Assembly: GCF_006345805.1 (NCBI RefSeq) | Contig: NC_042999.1 | Location: 78,306,001-78,370,000 of the forward strand | DNA from: Octopus sinensis | Taxonomy: Eukaryota | Direction: 5' to 3' | DNA length: 64,000 nt | Shown: piece by piece, positions 25,831-37,426 of the stretch | How the letters are laid out: each line of letters begins with the position of its first letter | Position numbering within the stretch: the first letter of the stretch is position 1 | Program-made: the position numbers and the translations under genes | Notes under the pieces: model-generated | The model's input: only the letters and a program-made list of their open reading frames with translations | What the model was told of the DNA's origin: nothing | Database searches by the model: none

Positions 25831-26015
25831 CTCGTGTGAAATCAATTTCATTTATTTATTTATTCATTTATTTATTTATCCCCTTTTCTTCTTCATTCTT
25901 TGCATTGTTAACAGAATTTCCTTTGAAGTTCTAAGTCTGCTTTGGTTCCAAGAGGAAGAAAAGTGGATAAAATAAATGCAAAAACCATGATTTTGTTTTA
26001 GCAATTGGCTGATTG

Positions 26016-26126
26016 TTAAGAGGTTGAAGAAAGTCCCTGTGTTTCATAATATTGATCAATTACGTTGCATACATAACCAGCTACATCCACTTCTTCCTCT
26101 TCATAACGACGGATAAAGGGATGATC
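26016..26126 (-). CDS. MAP2K4: MAP2K4/MKK4 terminal coding exon (111 nt incl. TAA)
   Basis: cttcag|GAT; DHPFIRRYEEEEVDVAGYVCNVIDQYYETQGLSSTS*, like human KHPFILMYEERAVEVACYVCKILDQ. Confidence 0.93.
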   Translation of the reverse strand, partial: DHPFIRRYEEEEVDVAGYVCNVIDQYYETQGLSSTS

Positions 26127-28445
26127 CTGAAGAGACAAATAGAAAAAGAAAAAATAGTAATTTTTGACATAGACACACAAAGTCACACATTTCGTAGGGA
26201 AGAAACAATCAATAAAAGTTGACCTCCATATTTGATTGGTCTTTTCTTTTATCAATCTCCAGAAGGATGAACAACAGAGCTGACCTCAATAGGATTAAGA
26301 AAGTGAAAAGATGTAATGAAATATCAAAAGCATTTTGTCCGATGCAGTGATGCTTTAGCAATCTTGCTAATCATGCCACATTAGCATAATAAACAAATAG
26401 AATAAGTGAAAAACAAAGTAGAAAATATGGACATAAAAAACAAATTGGAAGATAGTTTTAATGAAGAGATTGTCAGTAGCCATGACATTGGTGATTTTAT
26501 CCTATGAATTAATAAGGCCATAAAGTACTGGTGATGGCTTGGATAACTGTAATTCTTTAATGAGAGCTATGGATGAATGAATTTGCTGGATATCAGACAA
26601 TTTGTAAAGAATTCAGAAGTTGGTGTCTAGTTAATGGTATTGTGTAGTGTTCAGGGCCAACATAATTATCAGTCAAGTTCATCCATGTATGTAGGAGCCA
26701 AAGGTGAAAAGAAAGAATGCTGTAAGTTAGTAGATATGAGTTGAGCTGTTTCTGTCCATTACAGTAAAAAAGAAGAGTTCTTACATTGGCTGTGGTTACT
26801 GTTTAGGACCAAGTTATCTCTAACTGAGCTCATGTATAACTGATTTTAAGATATTCCTCATGTGACCATTTTTCAGAATCATTGTCTCTAGGACATCGTT
26901 ACTCAATGTGTCCTTCTTTTATTTGAAGATAATAGGGTGTAATTGAAGAAAGATTTGGTTGCTTTTTTCAGCAAATTAAGTGACTGCATAAAGTTGATTT
27001 CACTGGTTCACATTCCACATGTCAACAAAGCTGATCATCCATCGGTGAACAAACTCAGATTGCAAAAGTCAAGTAACTGACTCAGTTTGTGAACAGTATA
27101 ATGACTACTTGATAATTGAGAGAGAAGATGTTTAAGACCCCAGAAGAAAGATTCTAATTTTGATGCCAAGATATAAACTATTGAATCTTTGATTTACAAA
27201 TGGATGTCAATTTGGCCAGCAACAATTCTTAATAGATGTAAAAGGATCAAAAAGGTTTTAAGTTAGTTTCATTATAAAGGAATATAACAGACTACCCTAT
27301 AAACACTGCAAACAATAAAGATTAATGAGGTTTGTTTTGTAAATCTATATTTGACTACATTTTGGTGATTAATGTTTTATGATCACTTGATGTGTATGTG
27401 TGTGTGTAAGATGTTGCTTTGAGTGGTACTAGTTCATATAACCCAGGATAACCTGTTACATGGCTGGGCTGATGGCGACTAAACAGGCATCCTTCCTCCA
27501 CCATCACATTAACCTGGAGAGGAAAGTTCCTATAAACCCAGCAGAACAAAAACAAGGCCTGTCAAATAGGTGGAAGAACCTAGCATAGGGTCAATGATGA
27601 TCTAGCAATAGTCTGTGGGGAGTGGGGGATACAGAACCAGTTGAGTCAATGAATGAGCATGCTGTAAGACCAGTTTGGAAGTAATGGACTCCTAGTTCTT
27701 GCAAGAAGATCTGTTTAGGAGAAGGATAGATTAGGATCTATAACTGCAGAACAGGGGTGGGGTAATGTTTCTGTACTTTTCTGCATTCTTATGAGTCTGA
27801 GAAGACAAAGGCTAGGAGAGTACACCCTGAGAGTAAAATAAGCTGTGGTTGTTAAGTTAGGTCAGTTTTCAACAGACTGGATTTCTGGCAGCCTGTTGTA
27901 GTTGGGAGAAACAACTGATCACATTGGATTAACCATGCTATGGGACCTATCACCTTCACAACAAATATAATGAGACTAAACAATATACAATCTAACTGTA
28001 ACTATAAAGCTTCATTGTGCTGATATCTTCTGCAATGAGGACCATGGATCTTTGATTACAGAAGTAGTCGTGGTGGTTGTTGTTGCAGTGGTTGGTCTCT
28101 CATGCATGTGATGATGAAATATCACTACTTTCATACTTTCTTCATATGTCACAGTAGGTGTAACATATACAGTAGCACTTGTGATTTTCCTGTGTGGCTG
28201 TACACTTCTTTGTTGCTGCAACCTTTTAAAAAGTACAGTCATCAACAAATTTGATGACAGCCACAACCAAGAATATATATCTATACACATATACCATAGC
28301 ATGAGTAGGTTGTCATGTTCTGAGTCAAATCTTCACCTATATGGGTCTGGTGACCACATCTTGCTGATACTGTTGATTTTTGGCATGGTTTAATGAAAGC
28401 GTTAAGCAGTATTTGTGTGCACGTGTGTGTAAGTATGTATATATA

Positions 28446-28504
<59 letters not shown>

Positions 28505-28542
28505 TAAAGGGTGAAATACAATTAATTTAATAAAATCAATAA

Positions 28543-28894
28543 ATTTCACCTAGTAGTATTTCGGTATGGAAAGGACCATGTTCGGTAAAAATTTATATAA
28601 TTATAATAAAGGGTTTTTTCCAACAAGTTGCTTAAACCACATACCGAAAATATTAGAAATAGCAGTCAAAGGGCTACCATTACCATTACTACAAAAATAA
28701 GTCTCCACAAACAACAGTATTTGTAACTCATATACGGTAAAAGAAGAAAGGAAAACAACAAAACTACACAGTCTACTGGATTAATATTTTCGGTATGTGG
28801 TTTAAGCAACTTGTTGGAAAAAACCCTTTATTATAATTATATAAATTTATACTGAATATGGTCCTTTCCATACCGAAATACTGCTAGATGAAAT
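28543..28894. repeat. Inverted repeat, ~113 bp arms with ~126 bp spacer
   Basis: 28543-28655 is the near-exact reverse complement of 28782-28894. Confidence 0.9.
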
Positions 28895-28932
28895 ATATAT
28901 ATAAATATATATATAAAATGAGAATAACAAGG

Positions 28933-29227
28933 TAGTCAGAATGCTGGATGATTATTTATATTTTTAGCGCTTTCTTCCGTTGTTGGATTTATGAAAAAAG
29001 TGGTTTACTTTTGCCTTTTTATATAAAATTGAAACTGATGTTTTGGAAAGGGAGAGAGAGGTAAGGGGAGAGCAACCATCCCACCTCTCTCTCCCATTTT
29101 CCAAAACATCATCAGATTTAATTTTATATAAAAAGGCAAAAGCAAACTTACTGTAAAGCACTTTTTGATAAATCCAATAATGGAAGAAAGCGGTAAAAAT
29201 ATAAATAATCATCCATCATTCTGACTA
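28933..29227. repeat. Palindromic element, ~130-145 bp arms with 20 nt loop
   Basis: TAGTCAGAATG...GAGAGAGGT / ACCTCTCTC...CATTCTGACTA; loop 29063-29082. Confidence 0.9.
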
Positions 29228-29277
29228 GCTTGTTATTTTCAATATACAATATCTGTACATCACTTCAAACACACAGA

Positions 29278-29318
<41 letters not shown>

Positions 29319-29522
29319 ATACATATACACACAAAACACATATAGTTTATACACTGTAATGTGGTTGATGTTAGAAAGGCATCCAGCTGTAGAAACCATG
29401 CCAATGCAGATAGTAGAGCTTGGCACAATCCTTTGGCATGCCAGCTGTAGTCAAACCATCCAACCCGTGCCAGCATGAAAGGCAGATGTTAACTGTTGAT
29501 GATTTATACACACACACATACG

Positions 29523-29554
<32 letters not shown>

Positions 29555-29887
29555 TATATATATATAAAAATACACACGCACACACATTTATCATCACCAA
29601 TGCTGCTGCCATCACGTTTTTCTATGTTGTTATGCCTTGAGCAGGTCTCACAATGCCTCAGTGTTCATTTGGCATAAACAAAATTGCAAATCTTTGTTAT
29701 TGTATGTGTCATGTTTTTGACATGAGCTGGCTGCCCTTCTTGTTACCATCTGTTTTGCAGCATATATAAAAAGACACACACACACATTTACCTACTTGCA
29801 AATATAAACCCTTCTTCCATAAATGAGGGCATACAACAAAGTTTAAATGGTTAAGATGAAATGAATATAAAGAAAAATGTTCCTTAC

Positions 29888-29933
29888 CAATAATTTTCCA
29901 TATTTTGGTCTTCTTCTCTCATCTTTTATCAAG
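29888..29933 (-). CDS. MAP2K4: MAP2K4 exon (46 nt)
   Basis: tttctag|C TTG...TTG|gtaagg; (C)LIKDERRRPKYGKLL, kinase subdomain XI. Confidence 0.93.
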
Positions 29934-30478
29934 CTAGAAAGAAAAGAAAAACAAAATCAGTTAAAAATGTGGGGAGATGTCACATGGAGTTGTTATTTTG
30001 TTATGGAAAGATTTTTCTTCATATTGTGGATAATCTTTTATCTTTTACTTGAGTCATTGAGGATTGTGGCCATGCTGGGGCATTACTCTATTGGTTTAGT
30101 CAAACAAATTGACCCCAATACTTATTTTTTAAGTTTGGTACTTATTCTATCAGTTTCTTATGCTGAACTACTAAGATACAAGGAAGTGAATAAATCAATA
30201 CTAGAAATCAAGTGGTTGTAGTCCAGGTGATGAGCTTCCACACAGTTTCTGTCAATCAAGTCTGCTCACAAGGCATTGGTTAGCCTGGGGCCACAGTAGA
30301 ACACATTTGCCAAGATGCCACAGTATGGAACTGAACCTCAAACCATGTGGTTGCAAACTGACCTTCTTAACCACACAACCGTATTAGTCCAATCCATATT
30401 AGGATTGTGAAAATTATTTTGAAAAAAAAAAAAAGTAACAACAACAAAAAAACTTTATAAATGCAATATAATTCTTAC

Positions 30479-30624
30479 CATGTATATAAGAAACTTTTGA
30501 ACTCATCAGAAAATCTTGAATCATATGTGCGCAAACTGGGAGGAGGTCCTTGCACAACTTGGGTGAGCTGGTCAAAAACACTGTCCCACTTAGGGTAAGG
30601 AAAACGACCGGTAGATAGTTCCAT
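30479..30624 (-). CDS. MAP2K4: MAP2K4 exon (146 nt)
   Basis: cccag|ATG...TG|gtaaga; MELSTGRFPYPKWDSVFDQLTQVVQGPPPSLRTYDSRFSDEFKSFLYT(C). Confidence 0.95.
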
Positions 30625-31855
30625 CTGGGGTGTTTAAAAAATAAATTAAAAATTAAAAAATAAATAAAAGCAAATAAATTTTGAATTCAAGTAAATTCTT
30701 GTCTTTTGTCGAAAAATTAAATCATTTTAGTTTCATTGTCTTCTTCAGATGACCGAGAAGATTTCGATATTGCTCACCCACTTTATCAAACAACAAACAG
30801 TCTGAATCTGCTTTCGTGGAGAGATTGCAAACAAATGATACCATTTGTATGAATGGTGAGGTAGACACATGAAGAAGGGGAATACAAACTCAGTCATGCA
30901 AAATTTGATTTTCCCTGATGGGAAAGGTGCACAACTTCAAGATAAGGAGAAGAATAGTTACATGTTGGTACATGTTGGTCTATCTTTGTAAAACACACAA
31001 GTCATGAAAATCATTGAGAATGAGTTTTATAAAGACCATGTACACTATGAGATACATGAAAAATGGTAAGTTACAATGGTTGTAGGTACAAATAAAGCAT
31101 TTTAAAATGAAAGGAGAATATTTTTTTATATTTAAGCAAGAGTAAGAAAGGCAGCACCAATGACCTTTCTTTTAGCAGGGTTTCTGAGATAGATGGGGAG
31201 AAATGGAGTCAGAAACCACTACTCAAGAGTCATCCTGGTCAAAATACTAGCAATAGACTCTGCTAAATATACCTGAGATCCAAGTAATGGTGTTAAATCA
31301 GGCAACAAATACAGTTCATCTGATGGGTTGTACAATTTCTGTTAACATAGTTCAATCACAAAGCTGGTGGGTGGGTGGGTCTATCAGACATTTTTTCAAG
31401 GTGCTTTGTAGTGAGATTACATTAGAAATCCAGTGATTGACCATATGGCCATGCCTATATGTCATATGCTGACTGAAATGTAATGTACAGATAAATTATA
31501 CAGTCCAAGGGCATAGGTGTATAAATAAAGACTATGACCGTCACTTGCAAGCAAGTAGACTTGGCAGCATACACCATACATTTGCTAGTTGTTTTAGGTG
31601 TGAGCTGACATAGACATCACCTCTGCTCCAACAACCTTGACCCAGCAGTGAGGATATGACGGATGTAGGGAAAGAGGGCTGCACCAGCACTAAGCTAATA
31701 GGTAAATATTCTCTGGTTTCAGGAAAGGCAACTTGACTGTAGAAAACTGTTTAACATACTCTCATCTAACCCATGCAAGCATGGAAAAGTAGATATTAAA
31801 ATAATGATAATGATGATGATATAGAAATACATAAATAAAATAGATAAAAACTTAC

Positions 31856-31933
31856 AAGAGTTATTCCAAGACTCCAGACATCAGATCTTACATCATAACC
31901 TCGACTGGATGCTCGAGGGTCAATTCGTTCAGG
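31856..31933 (-). CDS. MAP2K4: MAP2K4 exon (78 nt)
   Basis: ttccag|CCT...CTT|gtaagt; PERIDPRASSRGYDVRSDVWSLGITL. Confidence 0.96.
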
Positions 31934-32223
31934 CTGGAAGAAATGAAATTATGCAATTCAATAAGTCATATTGAGGATTAAATAGAGGCTACAAATTAAT
32001 AACTGGGTGGATATGGGATTGTAACAACAATTCCTTGCTTAAAAAGCATTGTATAAAAAAAAAGTTGGGGTAAGGAGAGAGAAAGACCCCTGAATATTTC
32101 GTTTCCTTTCATCATGCAGTATATCTGCTGATGCTGTGTTAGCCAACATCAAGAATAACTAAAGTGTAACAAAGGTAAATAAGAATCAAAATTTTCAGCA
32201 GAACAAAGAAATAGAATACTTAC

Positions 32224-32351
32224 TGCCATATAAGGCCGGCAGCCAGCATCACGACTTTTGGCAATAGAATCCACTAACTGACCACTAATTCCAAAATCAC
32301 AGAGTTTGATGTTACCTTTTCTGTCCAGCAGAATATTTGAAGGTTTCACAT
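32224..32351 (-). CDS. MAP2K4: MAP2K4 exon (128 nt), DFG motif and activation loop
   Basis: ttccag|AT GTG...GCA|gtaagt; (D)[42 protein letters not shown]. Confidence 0.97.
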
Positions 32352-32758
32352 CTGGAAAAGAGGTAAATTTTTAATGATTTCATTTTAAAAAAATTACTTA
32401 AAAAAAAAACCGAAAAAATGTTGATAAAAATATCAGGTTTGGGACTATGGTTGATTAATATATTTCATCAATGTCATTTTAATGTCCACTTTTCCATGCT
32501 TGCATAGATGGAATTTGTCAAGATAGATTTTCTATGGATGGATGCTCTTCTTGTAAACCCTCACCTGTTTCCAAGCAAGGAAATATTTCCCTGGTCCTTT
32601 GAACAAAACACCTTAATAGCTAGATATGTTTACATGGAAGATTACAGACAAAAGACATTGTGTATAAGCAGCAATTTTGGCTACAATCTGTGCACAAATA
32701 TCAAGACCAGAAGACACAAATGCACAATAATAATAAATCCTCTATAGCTTCAACTCAC

Positions 32759-32810
32759 CTCTGTGGATAATCTTTAGCTTCTCTTTTAAATAATTCAATG
32801 CTTTAAGCGT
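32759..32810 (-). CDS. MAP2K4: MAP2K4 exon (52 nt), start of HRD motif
   Basis: ttccag|ACG...AGA G|gtgagt; TLKALNYLKEKLKIIHR(D). Confidence 0.95.
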
Positions 32811-34287
32811 CTGGAAATGAAATAACATGTTAATTTGTTAAAAGCAATAAAATATAAAGCATAATTATTTTCAATAGAGAAATAATTTCTTAAATTCTTC
32901 AGCAAGAAAATCATTTTCTCTTTTTTTGTAACAAAATAAATTTGAAATTAAATTTAGTTTTACTTATATTAAATAATTTTGTTGATTATGAGGTTAAACC
33001 ACAGCACTATAGCTTACATGGTTGTACGTTGAAAACGTTTAATATCTATTATAGAGGTGTGCCCCAGAGCAAGGTGCATAACTCTGGTTGAACCAATTTA
33101 ACTGACTGACAAAAAAATAGATTACATTTCTAATTGATTGTAGAAATTCTATTTTTTTTATTAAATAAAGTGAAATAAATCATTGTAATGGTAGAACTTG
33201 AAGTAGATAAAGCTATAAATAATTGCATGTATAGTATTAAATAAGAAAACCCTCGGATAGAAAAAAGTAAAAGGCTGCACATGGACTTGAACCCACTTCT
33301 TCAGATGTGCTACCATTCCAAAGCAGACAGGACAGTAGTGTTTTGAATAAAAGATAATATTAAATTATTATCAATCAGAAGATGTGGGTTTGAATTCTAT
33401 GGGCATGAACTTTTTTCCTATCCAAATGGTTTTTAAGCCAATATCCCACATGCTATTATTTGTAGATTTGAGTTCTACTGCAAAAACAAAATAATTTATG
33501 AATATTTTTTGTCATAGAAGTGGAAGGGTAGTACCCACAACTTTTTAGCAGAACATTCAAGTCTGTGAACAGGAAAGGAAGAAAGAAACCCACACTCCTG
33601 AGTAGTAGCAGTAGAAAATAATGTATCAAGAAAGTGAATTATCCTCAGACCAGATCCAGTTGTAAAAATAGTTGCCCTAACCTTACTGACTAACAGTAGC
33701 CCCAGGACACAACATAATGATTGTAATAGTAACTATAATCTTATGCTTAGAGTGCCTCTTATGCATAACCCTCCCCTCTGTTATCAAGGGCAACCTCTCA
33801 TTGATTCAACTATATCATTGGAACAGTGAAACAGTTTTTTTCTATTTGCCACTGGATGTACTTCCTTGAGGTGATGGGAGGGGGGATCCAGTAAACTCGT
33901 GTTTTTGAATTAAATCCCGTGATATTTATTCTGCCCAAGTTGCACAGACAATCCTTCATCACTCTTGATGTTAGAAATGCAGTGAACCAGTGGTTGGCCC
34001 ACTGGAAACTTATAACTAATAACATTATTCTTTAAAAAAAACAAGAATAAATAAATAAAATAAGAGGTTTTTTCCTTAGGGAAATGGATGGCTTTCTTAT
34101 CCCTCTTTGATGAAGAAACTCTCCTATTATTTCTTGAAAGAAGGTCTCTTTAGTAATTTCTCTGACAAAGAGCCTTGCTTGAAATAATTCACAAAATGTC
34201 CCCTAACATAAATAATGATATATATCAGGGTAAGAAAATAAAAACAAAAAATATAATCAAAAGAACATGTAAAGGCATTGTACTTAC

Positions 34288-34407
34288 TGCTACAGCAATT
34301 TTGCCTAATATTTCTTCAGGCATAGTACTTATCATAACTGAATATATGAATTTATAAAATTTATCTAAAGATATGTCCATTACTTCCATACAAATCCAGC
34401 AATCCCC
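34288..34407 (-). CDS. MAP2K4: MAP2K4 exon (120 nt)
   Basis: ttgcag|GGG...GCA|gtaagt; GDCWICMEVMDISLDKFYKFIYSVMISTMPEEILGKIAVA. Confidence 0.96.
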
Positions 34408-35430
34408 CTGCAAAAAATGGGAAAATTTGAAAATAAAGCTTCCTTTTTTGACATAATCTAGATTAAAAAGAATAACATTATAGACAACTGTTATTTTTTC
34501 ATCATTTCTTCCAATGCTGATATTGGTCACAATTTTTTTCCCAGTGCACTTCTCACCAAAGTGTATTCTATTCTAAAATGAAAAGAAATTAGATTTGTCA
34601 CATTGATTCCTAAATTAGACAGAACACCACAACTTTACAACAGAAGATAATAAGATTGTGTAATATTCATAACTTACTCAAGAGCATTAGTAGTGTAAGT
34701 GAAATGAATTTGCTTAAACTTAACAAAAATAAAACTGGGTTGTTGACTCCACTTGGGAGATTATCTTTTAATCTACAACAATTACCATAGTTGAAAATCA
34801 AATGATTGAAGAAAAACCAAGTTAACCTTAGGAGGGTTAGCTTTTAAAATCTAGAATGATAAAAATGGTAGAAAATTCTTTGTTTACAACACTTGTATTG
34901 TTCAAAGTAGATTAATATATTTGTAATTGCAATTAATTCTAGAATATTACCAGTTTATATTTTATTAATCCTGGATACTGGAAAGGGATGAAATTATATT
35001 TTGTAAACTATTTACTCAGGTACTCACCAAAGAGAAAAACAATGCAGGAGTGAAGCCTCAGGCTAAAGGGAAGTTAACAAATATCATAGTTTGATGTTTT
35101 ACAGTATTGTGCAATTAAATAGTTTCATATGACAACAGAATAACAGTGTGATAGCAGATAATGTAGTTGAAAACTCCTATATGTAGTAACTAAACAAACA
35201 TTTAGCTTACTAGAACAGCAAGGGTTAGGGTTAAAACTTTTACTATCAAATTTCTAATAATTATGTGCGTTTCAGTTAATTTTCAAAATAATTTAAGAAT
35301 ATAAAATCTTGAAAGTTCTACATCAAATTGACACAACTTTTATCAGACTGAAATCTCTCATGTTATATATGTAATAACAAAATCTCAACTGACATTTAAA
35401 ACAGGCAGTTTGGGAGCAAATGCGTATCAT

Positions 35431-35681
35431 AGAACTATAAGTTATCTTTAGAACTATAAGTTATCTTTAGAGCGTTTGTACTCAAAGGGTTAATGTGTTT
35501 AGATACTGCTAAACCTAATAACCTATGATAGCATTGAAAGACAGAACTAAAACTTGGTTGCAAAACATGGTTATCTTTAGAGCGTTTGTACTCAAAGGGT
35601 TAATGTGTTTAGATACTGCTAAACCTAATAACCTATGATAGCATTGAAAGACAGAACTAAAACTTGGTTGCAAAACATGGT
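35431..35681. repeat. Perfect 110 bp tandem duplication overlapping a 19 bp tandem duplication
   Basis: 35460-35569 = 35570-35679; agaactataagttatcttt x2 at 35431-35468. Confidence 0.95.
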
Positions 35682-35940
35682 CAATGAAAAGTTTGAAGGA
35701 ATTGAACTGAATATAAACTACTGGCTTTGCAATGTTAAGAAGTTACATGGTTTAAGTCTTAAATACTTAATAAGACAATGTCCAATACAATGTTTAATGA
35801 CTAAAAGGAAATAGTTTAATAAAAACATTACAAGCAGTGGTCATAATACTGAACTAGTGTAACACCAGGGTTGAAATGAATATAAATAAACAGTTGAACT
35901 AAGAGAAGGGGTTATTGTGAAGTTTGGGAACTCTTCTTAC

Positions 35941-36060
35941 CTCTTTAAAAAGAGCACCATAAAATTGGACAATATATGGACAATCGTTACTCCTCATCAC
36001 AACATCTAAGTCCATCAAAAGTTGTTTTTGATCTTTCTCATCCACTGTTGATCTGATTCT
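35941..36060 (-). CDS. MAP2K4: MAP2K4 exon (120 nt)
   Basis: cttcag|AGA...GAG|gtaaga; RIRSTVDEKDQKQLLMDLDVVMRSNDCPYIVQFYGALFKE, MKK4-diagnostic sequence. Confidence 0.97.
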
Positions 36061-36884
36061 CTGAAGTGAAAAAAAAGAAGAGTAGAGGAGGAGAAATAAT
36101 TAATAATTTCCTTACAAATGGAATAACTTGTAATGGGTGAAAGGATGTCAAGACATTTTCAAGTTAATTAGTTACTGATTCAAATATTATCCCTAGCACT
36201 GTGCTTTGTTTTTAGAAGGGCAATGAGGATGTCTTACACATTACTTATTTGTTAATAGAGGACTTAAGAATATAGAAGCTATAAAAAATATTCAGGCAAG
36301 ATACTGTTATGCAGCCAAAACTTAACTGACAACATAACAAATAAGATCAAGTAGGAGAAACATTAAGTTTCTTAAGTTAGCTACAGATCATCATCTCACA
36401 GTCACTTGTTGCAAAGCAGATAAGAACCCCACCTGCCCAAATACTGATCTTTTAGGTAAGGATCTGGAATTTTTCTGCCCCTATTTACTTAGAATAGAGA
36501 AGGTGAGAAAAAAAAAAGCAGATGAGTATGTTATGCAGGAGCAAAATTGCTGAAACTAAAATGTAGTCTGGAGACCATCAGGTTGAAATTTTGTCTATTT
36601 GCAGTGCTCTGATAAATATTTATATGGAAATTCTACACAAGTATTCTTTCTCCAAAGTAATCGTGCAGTCCAGAGAGCAACTTCATCATTACCATTGTTT
36701 ATATGACCTGATTACTATGTTGGATATATTTAACATAAGTTAATACCTAAAATCAATGTGAATATATACTTTTTATTCTGAATGATAAGCTATTTTACCT
36801 AACCTCAGTTATATTAAAAGGGATACAAGAAATGTTCTACCTACACAGATATTCAATTAAACAAAAATCCAACTGGTATGTATT

Positions 36885-37239
36885 ATTTAAAGAATGTAGT
36901 TGTGTAAAGCCAGAACAATGTGAGAACATACAAAGTAAACAACAAATTGAAAAGAAAACTGAATGAAGTTGCAGTTTTACCTTGTATTTCTATATTTTGG
37001 GGTGAAGACTTCTTCTTCAAGACACTTGGAAAAGTGGTAGTTGGAAAAAGTTTATTGCTTACTGAGCAACAAACTTTTCCCAACCACTGCTTTTCTGAAT
37101 GTCCTGAAGAAGGGGTCTTCACCCCGTAATATAGAAATACAAGGTAAAACTGCAACTTAGTTCAGTTTTCTTTTCAATTTGTAGTTTACTTTGTATGTTC
37201 TCACATTGTTTTGGCTTTACACAACTACATTCTTTAAAT
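36885..37239. mobile_element. Fold-back palindrome (~177 bp arms), probably inverted Penelope-like terminal repeats
   Basis: Arms are reverse complements around a 3-5 nt loop at ~37060-37064; each arm carries a degenerate hammerhead-like motif. The palindrome is certain; the PLE origin is inferred. Confidence 0.6.
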
Positions 37240-37312
37240 TATTCAAATAAATATATACTTATAACATGGAAACTGAAATATGAATGTAAAATATATAAAT
37301 CAAAAGACTTAC

Positions 37313-37426
37313 TTTCACAGCCATTACTGTTTCACTTTCTCTGTGTACCATTTTATTGACTGTACCATAGTTACCTTGACCAATTAATCCGAGATCTTTA
37401 AGATCTTCGGCTGTGAATTTATAACT
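37313..37426 (-). CDS. MAP2K4: MAP2K4 exon (114 nt), Gly-rich loop and catalytic Lys
   Basis: tttcag|AGT...AAA|gtaagt; SYKFTAEDLKDLGLIGQGNYGTVNKMVHRESETVMAVK. Confidence 0.96.

Noticed and set aside
25373-25975. ORFs of 95-168 aa rich in Y/I/C/M
   Set aside because: Pure (TA)/(CA) microsatellite translation.
28800-28890. CTGAATA..tatgg/ccata..GAAA as a hammerhead
   Set aside because: The core G8 is missing, there are extra bases before GAAA, and no stem I pairing.
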